DNA of 64,000 bases, taken from a virus. Lineage: Duplodnaviria; Caudoviricetes. The stretch is taken from positions 32,001-96,000 of IMG/VR virus record IMGVR_UViG_3300031998_000027; one strand, 5' to 3'. A program made the translations under genes and the position numbers. Of this stretch, positions 37,901 to 47,099 are shown piece by piece. The notes under the pieces were generated by a model. It worked only from the letters and a program-made list of their open reading frames with translations, did no database searches and was not told where the DNA came from. Numbering within the stretch: position 1 is the first letter of the stretch; each line of letters opens with the position of its first letter.

Positions 37901-39196
37901 GGATATGATGATAAACATAGACCTTATAAAGAAGAAATTGTAGTTTCTCAAGTTAAAATTAATTTAGATGACCCTTCACAGAATACCTTAACTGTTAGAA
38001 ACTATAAAACACAATTCCAGGATTTATTCCAAAGAATTGCGGCAACCTCTCAGTCTTTACAATATCATGAAGGTGAATACAATAGGGCGGCCGCGGCAGT
38101 AACTTCTGAAGGTACGATTGATACTGATATAATGCAGAATAGTCTTATTAATAATATGTTAATAATTCAAAATGCAAAGAATCAGAATGTTGTTTGGGAT
38201 GATACTGGAATTACGATTTCCAATTCTAAAAATCCGAATGAGATTGTAAAGTTAACTAGTGGCGGAATTGTTCTCACTGGAGATGGTGGTCAAAGCTGGA
38301 CTACTGGTATTACGGGTAGTGGAATTAATGCAAATATAATTACTGCGGGTAGAATTGATACTAGTAGAATTAGGATTTTTAATGAAGGGCAACAAACTTT
38401 TGAATGGAATGGGAAAGGAATTCATGCCTTCGCCATGGATGATGGACAGGTTCAATATGGGCAGTTTGTCAGATTTGATAAATATGGTTTATATGGATAT
38501 GCCGGCGGCGATCCAGATTGGGACCCAGATGTGCAGGTACAAAGTGAGACGACTGGTATTAGTAAAGTTATAAGAGACTCGATTTTTTCATTAACTTGGG
38601 AAGGATTAAATATTAATATTCCACCTAATTCACAAACTGTTGATGTTATAAATGTTAATAATGGAACTTTTAAGGTTGACAAAAATGGCAATTTAACTTG
38701 TAATAATGCTTCTATTAATAATGGTAGTTTTAGTGGTAATATTTATGCTAGTGGTACTATTACTAGTGGTACAGATATTTATTCTCCTAATATTTATGCA
38801 CAGAAATTTAGTGTCTTACCATTAAACCCATTACCAAGAGGAGTGGGAGAGAGTTCTGGTTTTTCTATTTATGCCAATATACCTAGTATTAATCAATGTG
38901 TAGAATTTTTTAATATTCATTTAGAGGATGTTAGTGGCGGGACTATGACTCGTTTTCATAATCCTGCAATTGGACCTCTTTCCATAGAATATAGCACAAT
39001 ATCATTACAAGCCTCAACATTATATTTAGATGATATATCTTTAGTCCTTTTTTCTTCTAATGGTATTGTTAATTTTAATAATGCAACTGTAACAAACTTA
39101 AATGTTCCAGCTTCTTCTGTGACTGGCCTTACCATATCTGATGTAAGTGGCCTTCGTTCAGAATTAGACCAGCTTTGGGCAGCAATTGGCTCATAA
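34946..39196 (+). CDS. Tail-associated/baseplate hub (Tal-like) spike protein
   Basis: Follows Dit; G.NLKSITR, IGDK; C-terminal beta-rich GINANIITAGRI repeats. Confidence 0.75.
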   Translation: MDELKKPYKITLWEDKPQYTYDQQDNVKNQWLEEVCIATIGSNTMDTPIRAFNPILTEDLNGSKTFTFTTYYRYWDDEAEDFKINPFTNLLVNERKVKLKYDDQWYDFVIKQVQENSETNTFTYTCKDLFVNELGKTGYDVELNVELQNNMGTVTELGKAILDGSTWTVDEVNSDTLRQYNKESLYIIQIASSQTTTDMLDDNTTITIPADTPLYVFYSCVINKEAPGQILWVDGEPKIDDQGFITNGINCKISISNEAYEAAVPATYFGSKLIQKQQSKFYPQIEETCYLWEKDGSQYYAYTETEYTSSAEIQQLLSNNSDFMTTNGWSRDVDSGSTVMLGTIEFGNTFHQSIHFAAGPGNTSYVHNSGFYDNRAQFSPGGTVQGEPFILAVKTNNNSLISGATVVALHKDDASNNKSLFTFSTTILPDTDTGLLKLDEDGYKIFRAACANSIAYQSLVNEYGNIDFKLAFTADVDLIDIKVFKQRYDSEGNTIIPDMDNISYTQINNPTGNPQTQGWYEDGANGVKVPTTDTSVVEGKVYYSGATNSIIRVYYNMFPSNTNFDEVYGKEDLEIIARVEGPDGYTPVLSTNYEKVTSITGAKSNRFNLIQNCCEAFECWAKFVIEHDSKGRAVYEYVPLAEQEFELGGRYYQRTDGQSGASSDDSKFQIYTGETYVSGLYKKVYHKYVVFKEFIGQDNPVGFRYGINLKSITRQLVSDQIATKVIVQAAANDLAPNGVCTIQQANLNPTGENALYNFQYFINHELIDKDSLYDDLYGTNGGIGLFTRLHQLNSQSRPIIEELAKIGADLNTLESRDTVYTTLLTEAENKRQDIINELSAAGYSDDTIMSGGEYITKLRNQRDSYTSTITHYTQLKQEIANLLYSTRNTYQAKVRLLNKIMEQKTAINNEFHSKYSQFIQEGTWTSNDYYDPNLYFDAANMVSFTSAFPQVSYTINVIEISEIEGFEPYKFKIGDKTYVEDIEFFGYDDKHRPYKEEIVVSQVKINLDDPSQNTLTVRNYKTQFQDLFQRIAATSQSLQYHEGEYNRAAAAVTSEGTIDTDIMQNSLINNMLIIQNAKNQNVVWDDTGITISNSKNPNEIVKLTSGGIVLTGDGGQSWTTGITGSGINANIITAGRIDTSRIRIFNEGQQTFEWNGKGIHAFAMDDGQVQYGQFVRFDKYGLYGYAGGDPDWDPDVQVQSETTGISKVIRDSIFSLTWEGLNINIPPNSQTVDVINVNNGTFKVDKNGNLTCNNASINNGSFSGNIYASGTITSGTDIYSPNIYAQKFSVLPLNPLPRGVGESSGFSIYANIPSINQCVEFFNIHLEDVSGGTMTRFHNPAIGPLSIEYSTISLQASTLYLDDISLVLFSSNGIVNFNNATVTNLNVPASSVTGLTISDVSGLRSELDQLWAAIGS

Positions 39197-39199
39197 AAT

Positions 39200-39228
39200 T
39201 TGATTTCTCCTCAAATTTCTGTTATAAT
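39200..39228 (+). promoter_or_regulatory. Sigma-A promoter
   Basis: TTGATT-17-TATAAT with TG. Confidence 0.7.
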
Positions 39229-39257
39229 AATAATAGAAAATAAAAGGAGTTGACAAA

Positions 39258-39647
39258 ATGACACTTAAATTTTTTGACCTCGCGGCTTTTACTGATGCGT
39301 ATCAATCTATAAAAGATACTTCTCTTCCTTTTGCTCTTGCTTATCAACTTCTTTCCATCAATAAGGCAGTAAATGATTGTATTGCTTTCTATCGTGACCA
39401 ATATAATAAGCTGCTTGAAGAATATGGAATGAAGAATGATGATGGGACTTATAAAATAAGCGAGGATGGCGCGGCCTTTCTCTTAAAGGAAGAGACAATT
39501 CAAGAAGCTCGTCAAAAGTTCTTTGAACTTGATAATTCTGAGTTTCCGATTGATGTAAAACCAATTCCAATTAGCGCACTTGAAAAACTCAATCTTTCTC
39601 CCTCCAAACTGACCGGACTCCTTCCGTTTATAGAGAAAGATGAATAA
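39258..39647 (+). CDS. Hypothetical protein
   Basis: RBS AAAGGAG, own promoter. Confidence 0.7.
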   Translation: MTLKFFDLAAFTDAYQSIKDTSLPFALAYQLLSINKAVNDCIAFYRDQYNKLLEEYGMKNDDGTYKISEDGAAFLLKEETIQEARQKFFELDNSEFPIDVKPIPISALEKLNLSPSKLTGLLPFIEKDE

Positions 39648-39686
39648 AAGAAAAGACCTACTGTTAATTCAGTAGGTCTTCTTTTT
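39646..39686. terminator. Bidirectional terminator between convergent arms
   Basis: A-rich - AAGACCTACTG/CAGTAGGTCTT - T-rich. Confidence 0.85.
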
Positions 39687-40401
39687 ATTCCCAAACTTCA
39701 ATTGTTGGCTTTTTAGATTTTGTAATTGCATAGTGCCCAATACCAATGGCATCGGCGCAGTCATCTGTAACTGTTACATCATACCACTCTTTTATTCGGA
39801 GTTGCATAGAACGCTTTTTATCTGCTCTCGTTTTTCCTTTTATATCACAATAATTGCGCCAGGTAGCTGTATGACAAACCATATATTCAATACCAAGTTC
39901 ACAAATTGTACTCATTAAAATACCTTGAAGGCGCGCGAGCTTAGCATACGTAACAGCGCCAAACTTTTCTTCATATTGAATTCCCTCAAGTGCGATAAAA
40001 TCAGGTTCCCAATTACTAATCATTTGGATTAGCCAATTCTTAATCTGAATATCGCGCTTAATTTCATCTTCAATATTAGACTCAAAGGTTCCATAACGTA
40101 GAAGGCGGCCGTCTGAGAAAAGCGCCCAACCACTTATATGCGTGGCTTGGTCTAATGCTAAAACTCGATGTTCGCCTTTTTTCTTTGGAAGAAGTGTTTG
40201 CTCAACTTCTTTGAGTTGATTTTGATTGCAGATGGGGCATTCACGTCTTGCACGAATTTTTTTCCATGTGCTAAAGACTTGATGCCCCTCTGGACAAGCA
40301 AAAACCAATTCGCTATCTAAATTCTTATATTCTTCGGAAAGTAGTGTCCAATTATCTGGAGCTATTTCTTCTTTTATCTGGTCAATTGTAATGCGTGCCA
40401 T
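39685..40401 (-). CDS. RuvC-like Holliday junction resolvase with N-terminal Zn ribbon
   Basis: VLALDQAT, IALE, DDCADAIGI; CPEGH...CPIC. Confidence 0.8.
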   Translation of the reverse strand: MARITIDQIKEEIAPDNWTLLSEEYKNLDSELVFACPEGHQVFSTWKKIRARRECPICNQNQLKEVEQTLLPKKKGEHRVLALDQATHISGWALFSDGRLLRYGTFESNIEDEIKRDIQIKNWLIQMISNWEPDFIALEGIQYEEKFGAVTYAKLARLQGILMSTICELGIEYMVCHTATWRNYCDIKGKTRADKKRSMQLRIKEWYDVTVTDDCADAIGIGHYAITKSKKPTIEVWE

Positions 40402-41336
40402 TAAAGAAGTCCTGTACTACCAAAGCCGCCACCGCGGTTTTCACCAATTTCAGAAACTGCTTCAACTCTGAAAAAGGCGACTTTTGGTACCTCAGAAAAA
40501 ACTAATTGAGCAAACTTTTCCCCCTTTCCTATTGTATATGATTGACCGAACTCAATATCAGAAAAATGAATAACTGGATCTTTATTTTCAATATTCCAAT
40601 TAGTTATATCAATTTTACGAATTGGAGGGTCAATATTTTCAATTATAACCCCAACTTCATCCCTATAGCCTGCATCAATGGTGCCTGGCGTATTAGCGAT
40701 GCGAAGTTTAGTTTTGAGTGCGCGCCCACTCTTAGGACGAACCTGAAGCTCATATCCTGGTGGTAACGCGACCTTAAATCCAGTTGGAATTAGCTTTGTC
40801 TCACCTGGCGCGATTGTATAATCATCAAGAGCATAAATATCTAAGCCGCTATCATCAATATTGGCGTATTGAGGGATTTTGGCTTCGGGGTGACAAAGCT
40901 CAATTGGAACCTGAATTATGCGCTTTGCAATACCCTCAGTTTCTTGAATAGCATTAATAATTGAAGAAATAAATTCAAGGAAAAAGTCTTTCTTTTGGCG
41001 CGAAAGACCTTCTACTTTTTCAATTTCATCAGCCATTGGCATAAAGGCATCAAGGAGGTCCTCAGCCTTGCCGCCAGATGCATTTAAAGATTGTACGAGA
41101 GCAATCTTATCGTTTGGATTATTAAGAGTTTGCTGGAAGCTTTGTAATACTCCTGGTGCAACAAGCTTGAAGTTATCCTCATCCATTGAAAGAAGAGTTA
41201 CTAACTGACGAAAAGGCTCAACAGATTCATCTGTATTTTCATCGCCTAAAAGGTCAGTTAAAACATCTGCGACTTCTTTAACTTGGTCATGGGTTACTTC
41301 TTCTGTCGGCAGTTGGATTATATTTTCATCCATTTG
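40401..41336 (-). CDS. dut: Trimeric dUTPase with about 145-aa N-terminal extension
   Basis: SGLDI, RPKSG, GTIDAGYRDE, FAQLV, RGGGFGSTG. Confidence 0.9.
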   Translation of the reverse strand, partial: QMDENIIQLPTEEVTHDQVKEVADVLTDLLGDENTDESVEPFRQLVTLLSMDEDNFKLVAPGVLQSFQQTLNNPNDKIALVQSLNASGGKAEDLLDAFMPMADEIEKVEGLSRQKKDFFLEFISSIINAIQETEGIAKRIIQVPIELCHPEAKIPQYANIDDSGLDIYALDDYTIAPGETKLIPTGFKVALPPGYELQVRPKSGRALKTKLRIANTPGTIDAGYRDEVGVIIENIDPPIRKIDITNWNIENKDPVIHFSDIEFGQSYTIGKGEKFAQLVFSEVPKVAFFRVEAVSEIGENRGGGFGSTGLL

Positions 41337-41691
41337 TATCACTTCCTGTGTAGCAAGCATAAGTTATATTTGGATTCTTTGTGCTGCTATTAATGTAAGC
41401 AGTCTTTATGTTTGAGCCAGAAGAGGTTGTAAATTCTGGTGTGGTATTTGAATGATTAGAACCACAAGTCCAAGTAATCTCAGGAGTTGAGGTAGTTATT
41501 GTTCTATAAGGACAGCCCCAATAGCCATAAGGACAACTATTATTATAAATATATGTAGGGAGGGACCCTGAGGCTGCCTTACCAGCATTATAGCCTCTAT
41601 TATATTCTTCTTCTAAAAGCTTTTCAAGCTGGTCTTTAGTTAGGTCGACTTTCTTAGTCTTACTATCAACATAAACTATCACTCTTCCCAC
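41326..41691 (-). CDS. Hypothetical protein
   Basis: ORF in operon context. Confidence 0.55.
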   Translation of the reverse strand: MGRVIVYVDSKTKKVDLTKDQLEKLLEEEYNRGYNAGKAASGSLPTYIYNNSCPYGYWGCPYRTITTSTPEITWTCGSNHSNTTPEFTTSSGSNIKTAYINSSTKNPNITYACYTGSDTNG

Positions 41692-41894
41692 ACTCCACTA
41701 AATTCCATCACAATCTTGCAAACCCAAGCTTCATCTATAATTTCGCCCTTAGAAGTCTTTTTCTTATAGGTGTAGCCTGCGGCCGCAATAACATAGCCCT
41801 TCTCATCAGCTTCTTTTCTATACTGTTCGATGCATTCCTTCGCGCCCTCTTCGCTATTAGTGCGAATTTCCAGGGTTTCCTTTAAGAGTCTCAT
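41679..41894 (-). CDS. Hypothetical protein
   Basis: RBS AAAGGAGG. Confidence 0.7.
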   Translation of the reverse strand: MRLLKETLEIRTNSEEGAKECIEQYRKEADEKGYVIAAAGYTYKKKTSKGEIIDEAWVCKIVMEFSGVWEE

Positions 41895-42691
41895 TTTTCT
41901 CCTCCTTTCAACTTTTGTACTTTTTCCATTATTTTAGGAAGTTCCTCTTCCATTTGCCATTTCCAGTCTTCTTCATAATGATAAGTTAAATCTTCAAGAT
42001 TAAACTTATTTATTTTATCAACATAACTTTTTAATGTTGGTATATCTTTTTCATAACAATGAAAGCTATTTGCGCGATGAGTATAGGTACCCATTTTAAC
42101 ACCAAGCGTATCAGCAATTCTTTTTTGCAGCATTATAAGGGCAAAGGCATTCATAAAAGTAGCTTTACAAGCATCATTAGACCTAAACAAAACTTTACAA
42201 TGAAGTTTTCCATCCCTTATAAAATACTGAATATGCTGAAGACAAGCTGGGTCATTACTATACATATCATCGCTATTATCTCTTATATCAATGACAGCGC
42301 GCCGTGAATCAGGATTGCGCCGAAGTTCATCAATTGCGAATTGAATTTGGTCTTTATATGGTTCATTGGGAAATCTAACCCAATTATCAATGGGATACCT
42401 TACCATTCTATCATGGTAAGTATATTTCCAATTACCTTTATCAATTTCAAAGTCCAAAATTCCATCTAGAATTTCTTTTATATATTGCTCTAAATCTGCC
42501 GGCCCGCCAACAAAAAATTTACTAATCATTGGCTCATAAAGAGGATTATTAACTTCCATTGTCATACTAACTTCAATCTGTGAAGTATTATAATCGGGGC
42601 AAGGAGATTGTTCTCCATAAACATATAAATCTTCTAAAGCTTTATGATAAGCTGCTGATAATGTTGAAGCTCTAACAAGACATTCTTTCAT
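41891..42691 (-). CDS. thyA: Thymidylate synthase family protein
   Basis: SRRA, PAC (catalytic Cys), RSND, Asn at the dUMP-specificity position (TFMN), HCY. Confidence 0.8.
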   Translation of the reverse strand: MKECLVRASTLSAAYHKALEDLYVYGEQSPCPDYNTSQIEVSMTMEVNNPLYEPMISKFFVGGPADLEQYIKEILDGILDFEIDKGNWKYTYHDRMVRYPIDNWVRFPNEPYKDQIQFAIDELRRNPDSRRAVIDIRDNSDDMYSNDPACLQHIQYFIRDGKLHCKVLFRSNDACKATFMNAFALIMLQKRIADTLGVKMGTYTHRANSFHCYEKDIPTLKSYVDKINKFNLEDLTYHYEEDWKWQMEEELPKIMEKVQKLKGGEK

Positions 42692-42874
42692 TTATTTCTC
42701 CTTTATATAGAGTCCACAATGGCAATAACCTTCGGTCTGAGTTCTAAACTCTTTGCACATACATCTTGTATCTTCTGTTTTTTCTAGCTTACAAGGACAA
42801 AAACCATCATTTTCTTTAACCGCGCGCCGTATGCGTTCAACCTCTTTTTTATTCGGATTTAAACTAATTTTCAT
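42692..42874 (-). CDS. Ferredoxin-thioredoxin reductase catalytic-chain-like protein
   Basis: GFCPC...CMC...CHCGLY. Confidence 0.75.
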   Translation of the reverse strand: MKISLNPNKKEVERIRRAVKENDGFCPCKLEKTEDTRCMCKEFRTQTEGYCHCGLYIKEK

Positions 42875-43374
42875 TAACTAATCCTCTTTGCATATTGATT
42901 ATCACTTGCAAGATTTACTCCTAAAACCTCATCAAAATGAGATTCTCTATCAGGGATAAATCTTCCGTATTTAATAATGACATTCCCAAAATCTATTAAG
43001 TTTTTATATAAAACTCCCATTTTTGAGTCTGTAGAAGTGATTTCTTCCTCTGTATATCCAGTATAAATCACTATATCATCATTACATTTATATTCATAAC
43101 GAAAACAACCAATTAATGCAATTAAATCAAAAGGAGAGTCAAATGGTTCAAGTCCTGCTATTACAATCGCACTAGTGAGAGGATTATTGATATATCTTTC
43201 ACAGATTTCTTCTGGGGATATTTCAAAAGTTGGACTTTGAGCTAATTCAGAATTTTGACAAACAGGTTTGCCGCATTCTTTATCACACTTAAAACTACAA
43301 AAAGGAAAGGCAATATACATCGCGCACTTTTTATAGTTTACCATATCCTCATCAAGAAGACCTACTATTTTCAT
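42874..43374 (-). CDS. nrdG: Anaerobic RNR activase (radical SAM)
   Basis: CSFKCDKEC, GLEP, IYTGY, KYGRF, SDNQ. Confidence 0.85.
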   Translation of the reverse strand: MKIVGLLDEDMVNYKKCAMYIAFPFCSFKCDKECGKPVCQNSELAQSPTFEISPEEICERYINNPLTSAIVIAGLEPFDSPFDLIALIGCFRYEYKCNDDIVIYTGYTEEEITSTDSKMGVLYKNLIDFGNVIIKYGRFIPDRESHFDEVLGVNLASDNQYAKRIS

Positions 43375-43564
43375 TTTTTAATTCTTCAACTGCCTCTCTA
43401 TATCCTGCTAAACGCTCTTTTAGCAAGACATTTTTCATTTTATCATATGCTTCTGGAAATAAACTTCCTATTACAAAGGAGAAGGTTACTTCTTCTGCGC
43501 CGACTGCTTCAGATTTTTCAACTATCTTCTTTACTTGTGCGAGGGGAATAGTATACTCATCCAT
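43352..43564 (-). CDS. Hypothetical protein
   Basis: Coupled ORF, RBS GGGAGG. Confidence 0.6.
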   Translation of the reverse strand: MDEYTIPLAQVKKIVEKSEAVGAEEVTFSFVIGSLFPEAYDKMKNVLLKERLAGYREAVEELKNENSRSS

Positions 43565-44012
43565 TGACGTCCTCCCATTCTCTCATCTTGCCTTCGGCCT
43601 TGCGTTCCTTGCCCCAAGTCTTCATTGGAGTATAGAAGCCAACAATTCTTGTATATTCAGTTGCGACCGGTTCGCCACAAATCGGACAAGTTGTGCCAAA
43701 GAAAGCGTGATTATGCTTGCAAGCTTGAATTTTTGTATTGAATGCAAAGTATGTAAGACCTTGGTCAGCTATATAGTTTGTTAGCTTCCAAGCCTGGTTA
43801 AAGTTATTAAATGGAGCTTCAATATTAATATGCGCGATTGAGCCGCCATTACAGAAAGAATCAAATAAGGAAGCAATACGAACTCTCTCTTGCATTGTCG
43901 TCTTTATTCCAAGAGGAATAAACTGATTTCCATAAAGAGGAAGGTCATCTACAACCTTATCAGGGAAGAGAAGTGCATCAGCCTTTTGCATTTTAACTGC
44001 GGCGGTTTCACC
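43557..44012 (-). CDS. nrdD: Class III ribonucleotide reductase, exon 2
   Basis: Begins GETAAVK; contains the Zn site CKHNH...CPIC and glycyl-radical loop TRIVGF. Confidence 0.9.
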   Translation of the reverse strand, partial: GETAAVKMQKADALLFPDKVVDDLPLYGNQFIPLGIKTTMQERVRIASLFDSFCNGGSIAHINIEAPFNNFNQAWKLTNYIADQGLTYFAFNTKIQACKHNHAFFGTTCPICGEPVATEYTRIVGFYTPMKTWGKERKAEGKMREWEDVNG

Positions 44013-45235
44013 CAATTCTATTACTTTTATGACCAAATAAATTCTCGGCTCAGTTGAATATTATATTGGGTTAGTTCTTCTGAGTTTTCGATAAACCATT
44101 TTTTAAATTTTTGGGTATCGAAAGAGATATCATCATCATATACTATTTTATATTGATAATTATGTATTTTACAATATTGTTTTAAACCTTCAATTTCTAA
44201 TTCCCAACGAGTTTTATCTTCCCATTCTAAATGCCTCTTTGGCTTTAATTCAATAATTAACTCATTGTTAATTAAAATATCTGGTGTATAATGATGATTA
44301 TTAGAAAGTTTAATTTGAAATGGTTCTACAGTATAATTTAAAACAGTATCATCTTTCTCTAGTAAAATTAGATAATTTAATTCTAAAAGACTTCTAAAAA
44401 AGAAGTTTTTTTCATTTTTAGGAGAATAAAAATAACCACTATAACCTCTGCCAGTATTACTTTCTTTATAACACCCTCGCGCCCAGGCAGCAGAGAGTTT
44501 TTCTCTTGTTTCTTTTGAAACTTCATGAGTTGAATAATATTGCTTCAATCCAACTGAGATTTTTTCTTTTATTTCTGGAGTTCTTTCATATGGAGGGATT
44601 TTTCTTCCTCGGCTTTTTTCTCCAATATGTTTTTTTCTTTCTTCTGAAAACTCCCTTCCAAAAGAAGAATTGCGTCGTCCAGCATGAGAATTGGTATTTA
44701 TTCCTAGATTTATAAGGTGCTTTCTAGTAGTTGCATAAACCATACCAAATAAAGAAGCAATTTCTCCAATTAAGAGATTGTAATCATTCCATAAAATCGG
44801 AAAAACAGATTCATCTTTTTCCTTTATTTTTTTTATTAATTCAATATCAGTAATAATCAAAACTGGTTTTGGGTTATTAATAATTCGTATTTCATTATCG
44901 GTTATAATAGTTTCTCCTATAACTTTTCCTGAACTATTCTTAATTTCCATTTCAATAAAACTCTCCTTATTTATTTGGCGGAAACGGTTCTTCTTTAAGT
45001 GGTCTGGTTACCTCTGACCGTTTCTCTCACCCTTCTATATATAAGTGAGTTTAGACTATCGCATCTCCAATAAAATAAGTCAATTTGGAGGTTCCACATT
45101 TAGTCGTTCACGCTACCTTTACGCTTGCGCCTTGTTATCCATAATCCCGCAATTATGGAACTCCAAGTCAATTAGTGGAACTTTTATTTTCGCAGTTTAT
45201 CTGACTTCTTATGCTGCGATTCCCCAGTGATGTTT
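44013..45235 (-). mobile_element. Group I intron in nrdD (1223 nt)
   Basis: Splicing restores EQIP|GE. P1 UCCCU/GGGGA with U-G at the 5' splice site; P10 UCACU/GGUGA; P3 UUCCAC/GUGGAA; P7 GACUA/UAGUC; P8 CUCCAA/UUGGAG; omega-G at 44013. Confidence 0.92.
44027..44950 (-). CDS. Intron-encoded homing endonuclease (NUMOD3 repeats + TnsA-like PD-(D/E)XK domain)
   Basis: SEERKKHIG/TPEIKEKIS/SKETREKLS repeats; FRSLLE...EP...YTPDI...IELKP. Confidence 0.8.
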   Translation of the reverse strand: MEIKNSSGKVIGETIITDNEIRIINNPKPVLIITDIELIKKIKEKDESVFPILWNDYNLLIGEIASLFGMVYATTRKHLINLGINTNSHAGRRNSSFGREFSEERKKHIGEKSRGRKIPPYERTPEIKEKISVGLKQYYSTHEVSKETREKLSAAWARGCYKESNTGRGYSGYFYSPKNEKNFFFRSLLELNYLILLEKDDTVLNYTVEPFQIKLSNNHHYTPDILINNELIIELKPKRHLEWEDKTRWELEIEGLKQYCKIHNYQYKIVYDDDISFDTQKFKKWFIENSEELTQYNIQLSREFIWS

Positions 45236-46699
45236 AGGGATTTGTTCGCAATTTATCTTATAGTCTTTATCAAGCGCGAATTGGTCTTTGGTTCGATGAA
45301 TAACCTCAAAAATCTTTTTCCCAAAATGGTCAGCGGCTTCTGTATAGAAGGTATTACCAAACTCATCTTGACGAGTATATCCAAAGCTTTTCATTGTTTC
45401 GTAAATTCCGATGAAGCCGATTGTATTGTAAAGATGTTCAAAGTCGACTAAACCTTTAGAGAAATTAGGAAGAAGTCCTTTCTCAACATTGCGCCGGATT
45501 ATGTGGCGCACAACATCAAGAACCTTACAATCTAATTCAACTAAATCACGAAGCGCAACTAAATATTCCTGCTCTGTATTATATTGAAGAGCGAGTCGCG
45601 CCAAGTTCACAGTAGAAACCTTAACAGAACCAACTTTCAGCGCCGTACCACCTATAGAGTTAAAGTAACCGAGGTCATCTATATTAGACTTAAGGCGGCA
45701 GCAGTTAGAAAGACTTGTAACATTATCATCAATAAAGAGATTTGAGTCACACCATTTCATGTTGTGCTGGATGCCCCAACGCGCGAATTCTTCATCCTCA
45801 AACTTTCCATCTTTGCGGAGAAGAGATATTGTTAAGACGGGGAATGTAAACATATTATGAGAACGAATTTCAGAAACCTTTTCCATAAAAATCTTTTGGA
45901 ATTGACAAATCCCATCAATTTCATCTATCATAAAGGTTCCATCTGGAAATTCAGAACCACCAAACAAAGCTTCAAGATACGGATGGTCAAAAACACTTAC
46001 ATTTGTAAAAGCACTCTGCATACCATCACGCACATAGGGCTGATTGACTGCATAAATAAAACGCTGAATTTGCTGTGCGGCATAATACTCAGGCGACTTC
46101 GTCGCATAACCTGTTTCACAATCTTTTTTCCAGAAGTAATACATATAGGGGATTAAATTTGGGAGTCCAACCGCACCAGAACTGCGATTACTAGCAAAGC
46201 TAATATATTCCTTTACAAAATCAACAAAAGTTGAAAGATGTTTAGGAGGTTCGGCATTAAAGGTTTCAAGGAAGAAAAGACCTTTTTCTGCTAAATCTTT
46301 AAGGTCATAAGCAAAGCAATAATGGACATAGGTAGAAGTGTCTGCATCGTGCATATAAAGTGCTTTAGACCACTCTGCGGCGAGCCATTCATTTGCAATC
46401 TTAAAACCATATTTTTTATTAAGTTCATAATAAATCTTATTGAAAGCGAGAAGTTTACGATGAGACTTAGGCATCTCATTCATAAGTGTCCTCATATCTT
46501 TGTTACCAACATTTGCATTTCCATCTATAGAAGCATCCGCAACAGTCTCGCTATCAATAAAATTATCGATAAAGTCAGTAAAACTAAGCTGTTCATCTGC
46601 AAAACCGTTTAGGCGCGAAAACTCTTCACCATATTCAGCTTGCATTTTATTAAACTGCGTAGTAAAATTCTTATTTAATCTAATATTAATACTTGCCAT
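45236..46699 (-). CDS. nrdD: Class III ribonucleotide reductase, exon 1
   Basis: YMHD, HYC, QSAFTN, FTFPV, SNCCRL, VGS..VSTVNL; spliced product 639 aa. Confidence 0.92.
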
Positions 46700-46701
46700 C
46701 T

Positions 46702-46908
46702 TTAGACCTCTTGTGCGTTAACCCATTTTATAGCATCAACAGAAGAATATTTCTGTCCATCAACAACAAGTATTGGAGTTTCTTTATACCCAAGAGCAAT
46801 CATTTCATTTATATCATCATGCTCAATATAGGTAATATTCTTTGCCGCAAGCTTCTTCTCAAGGACTCTACACTTGGGGCAATGAGTGGTATATAAGTCA
46901 ATTGTCAT
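46702..46908 (-). CDS. Glutaredoxin-like (NrdH-like) protein
   Basis: CPKC, TPILVVDG. Confidence 0.85.
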   Translation of the reverse strand: MTIDLYTTHCPKCRVLEKKLAAKNITYIEHDDINEMIALGYKETPILVVDGQKYSSVDAIKWVNAQEV

Positions 46909-47099
46909 TTTTCTTCCCCCTTATAACAATATATACAATAACCATCTTCGAAAACATGGCTACATTGACGTTGAAGCTCTTCATTTTCCTTTAAAAGAGC
47001 AACAACAGGATTATTAAGAGTAAACTTACTAGGAGAAAGAAGACTCTCAATTAACATATTGTTTGCATCAATTTTATCTCTGATTTCATTACCTGACAA
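46905..47099 (-). CDS. Hypothetical Zn-binding protein
   Basis: TTG start after AAAGGAGG; CSH...CIYC. Confidence 0.55.
   Translation of the reverse strand: MSGNEIRDKIDANNMLIESLLSPSKFTLNNPVVALLKENEELQRQCSHVFEDGYCIYCYKGEEK

Noticed and set aside
41891-42691. dCMP hydroxymethylase / hypermodified-base pathway
   Set aside because: Asn, not Asp, is at the specificity position, and no glycosyltransferase or modifying kinase genes are visible. A dUMP hydroxymethylase cannot be fully excluded.
43557-46699. nrdD as a pseudogene or two separate genes
   Set aside because: Group I intron splicing restores a continuous 639-aa frame.
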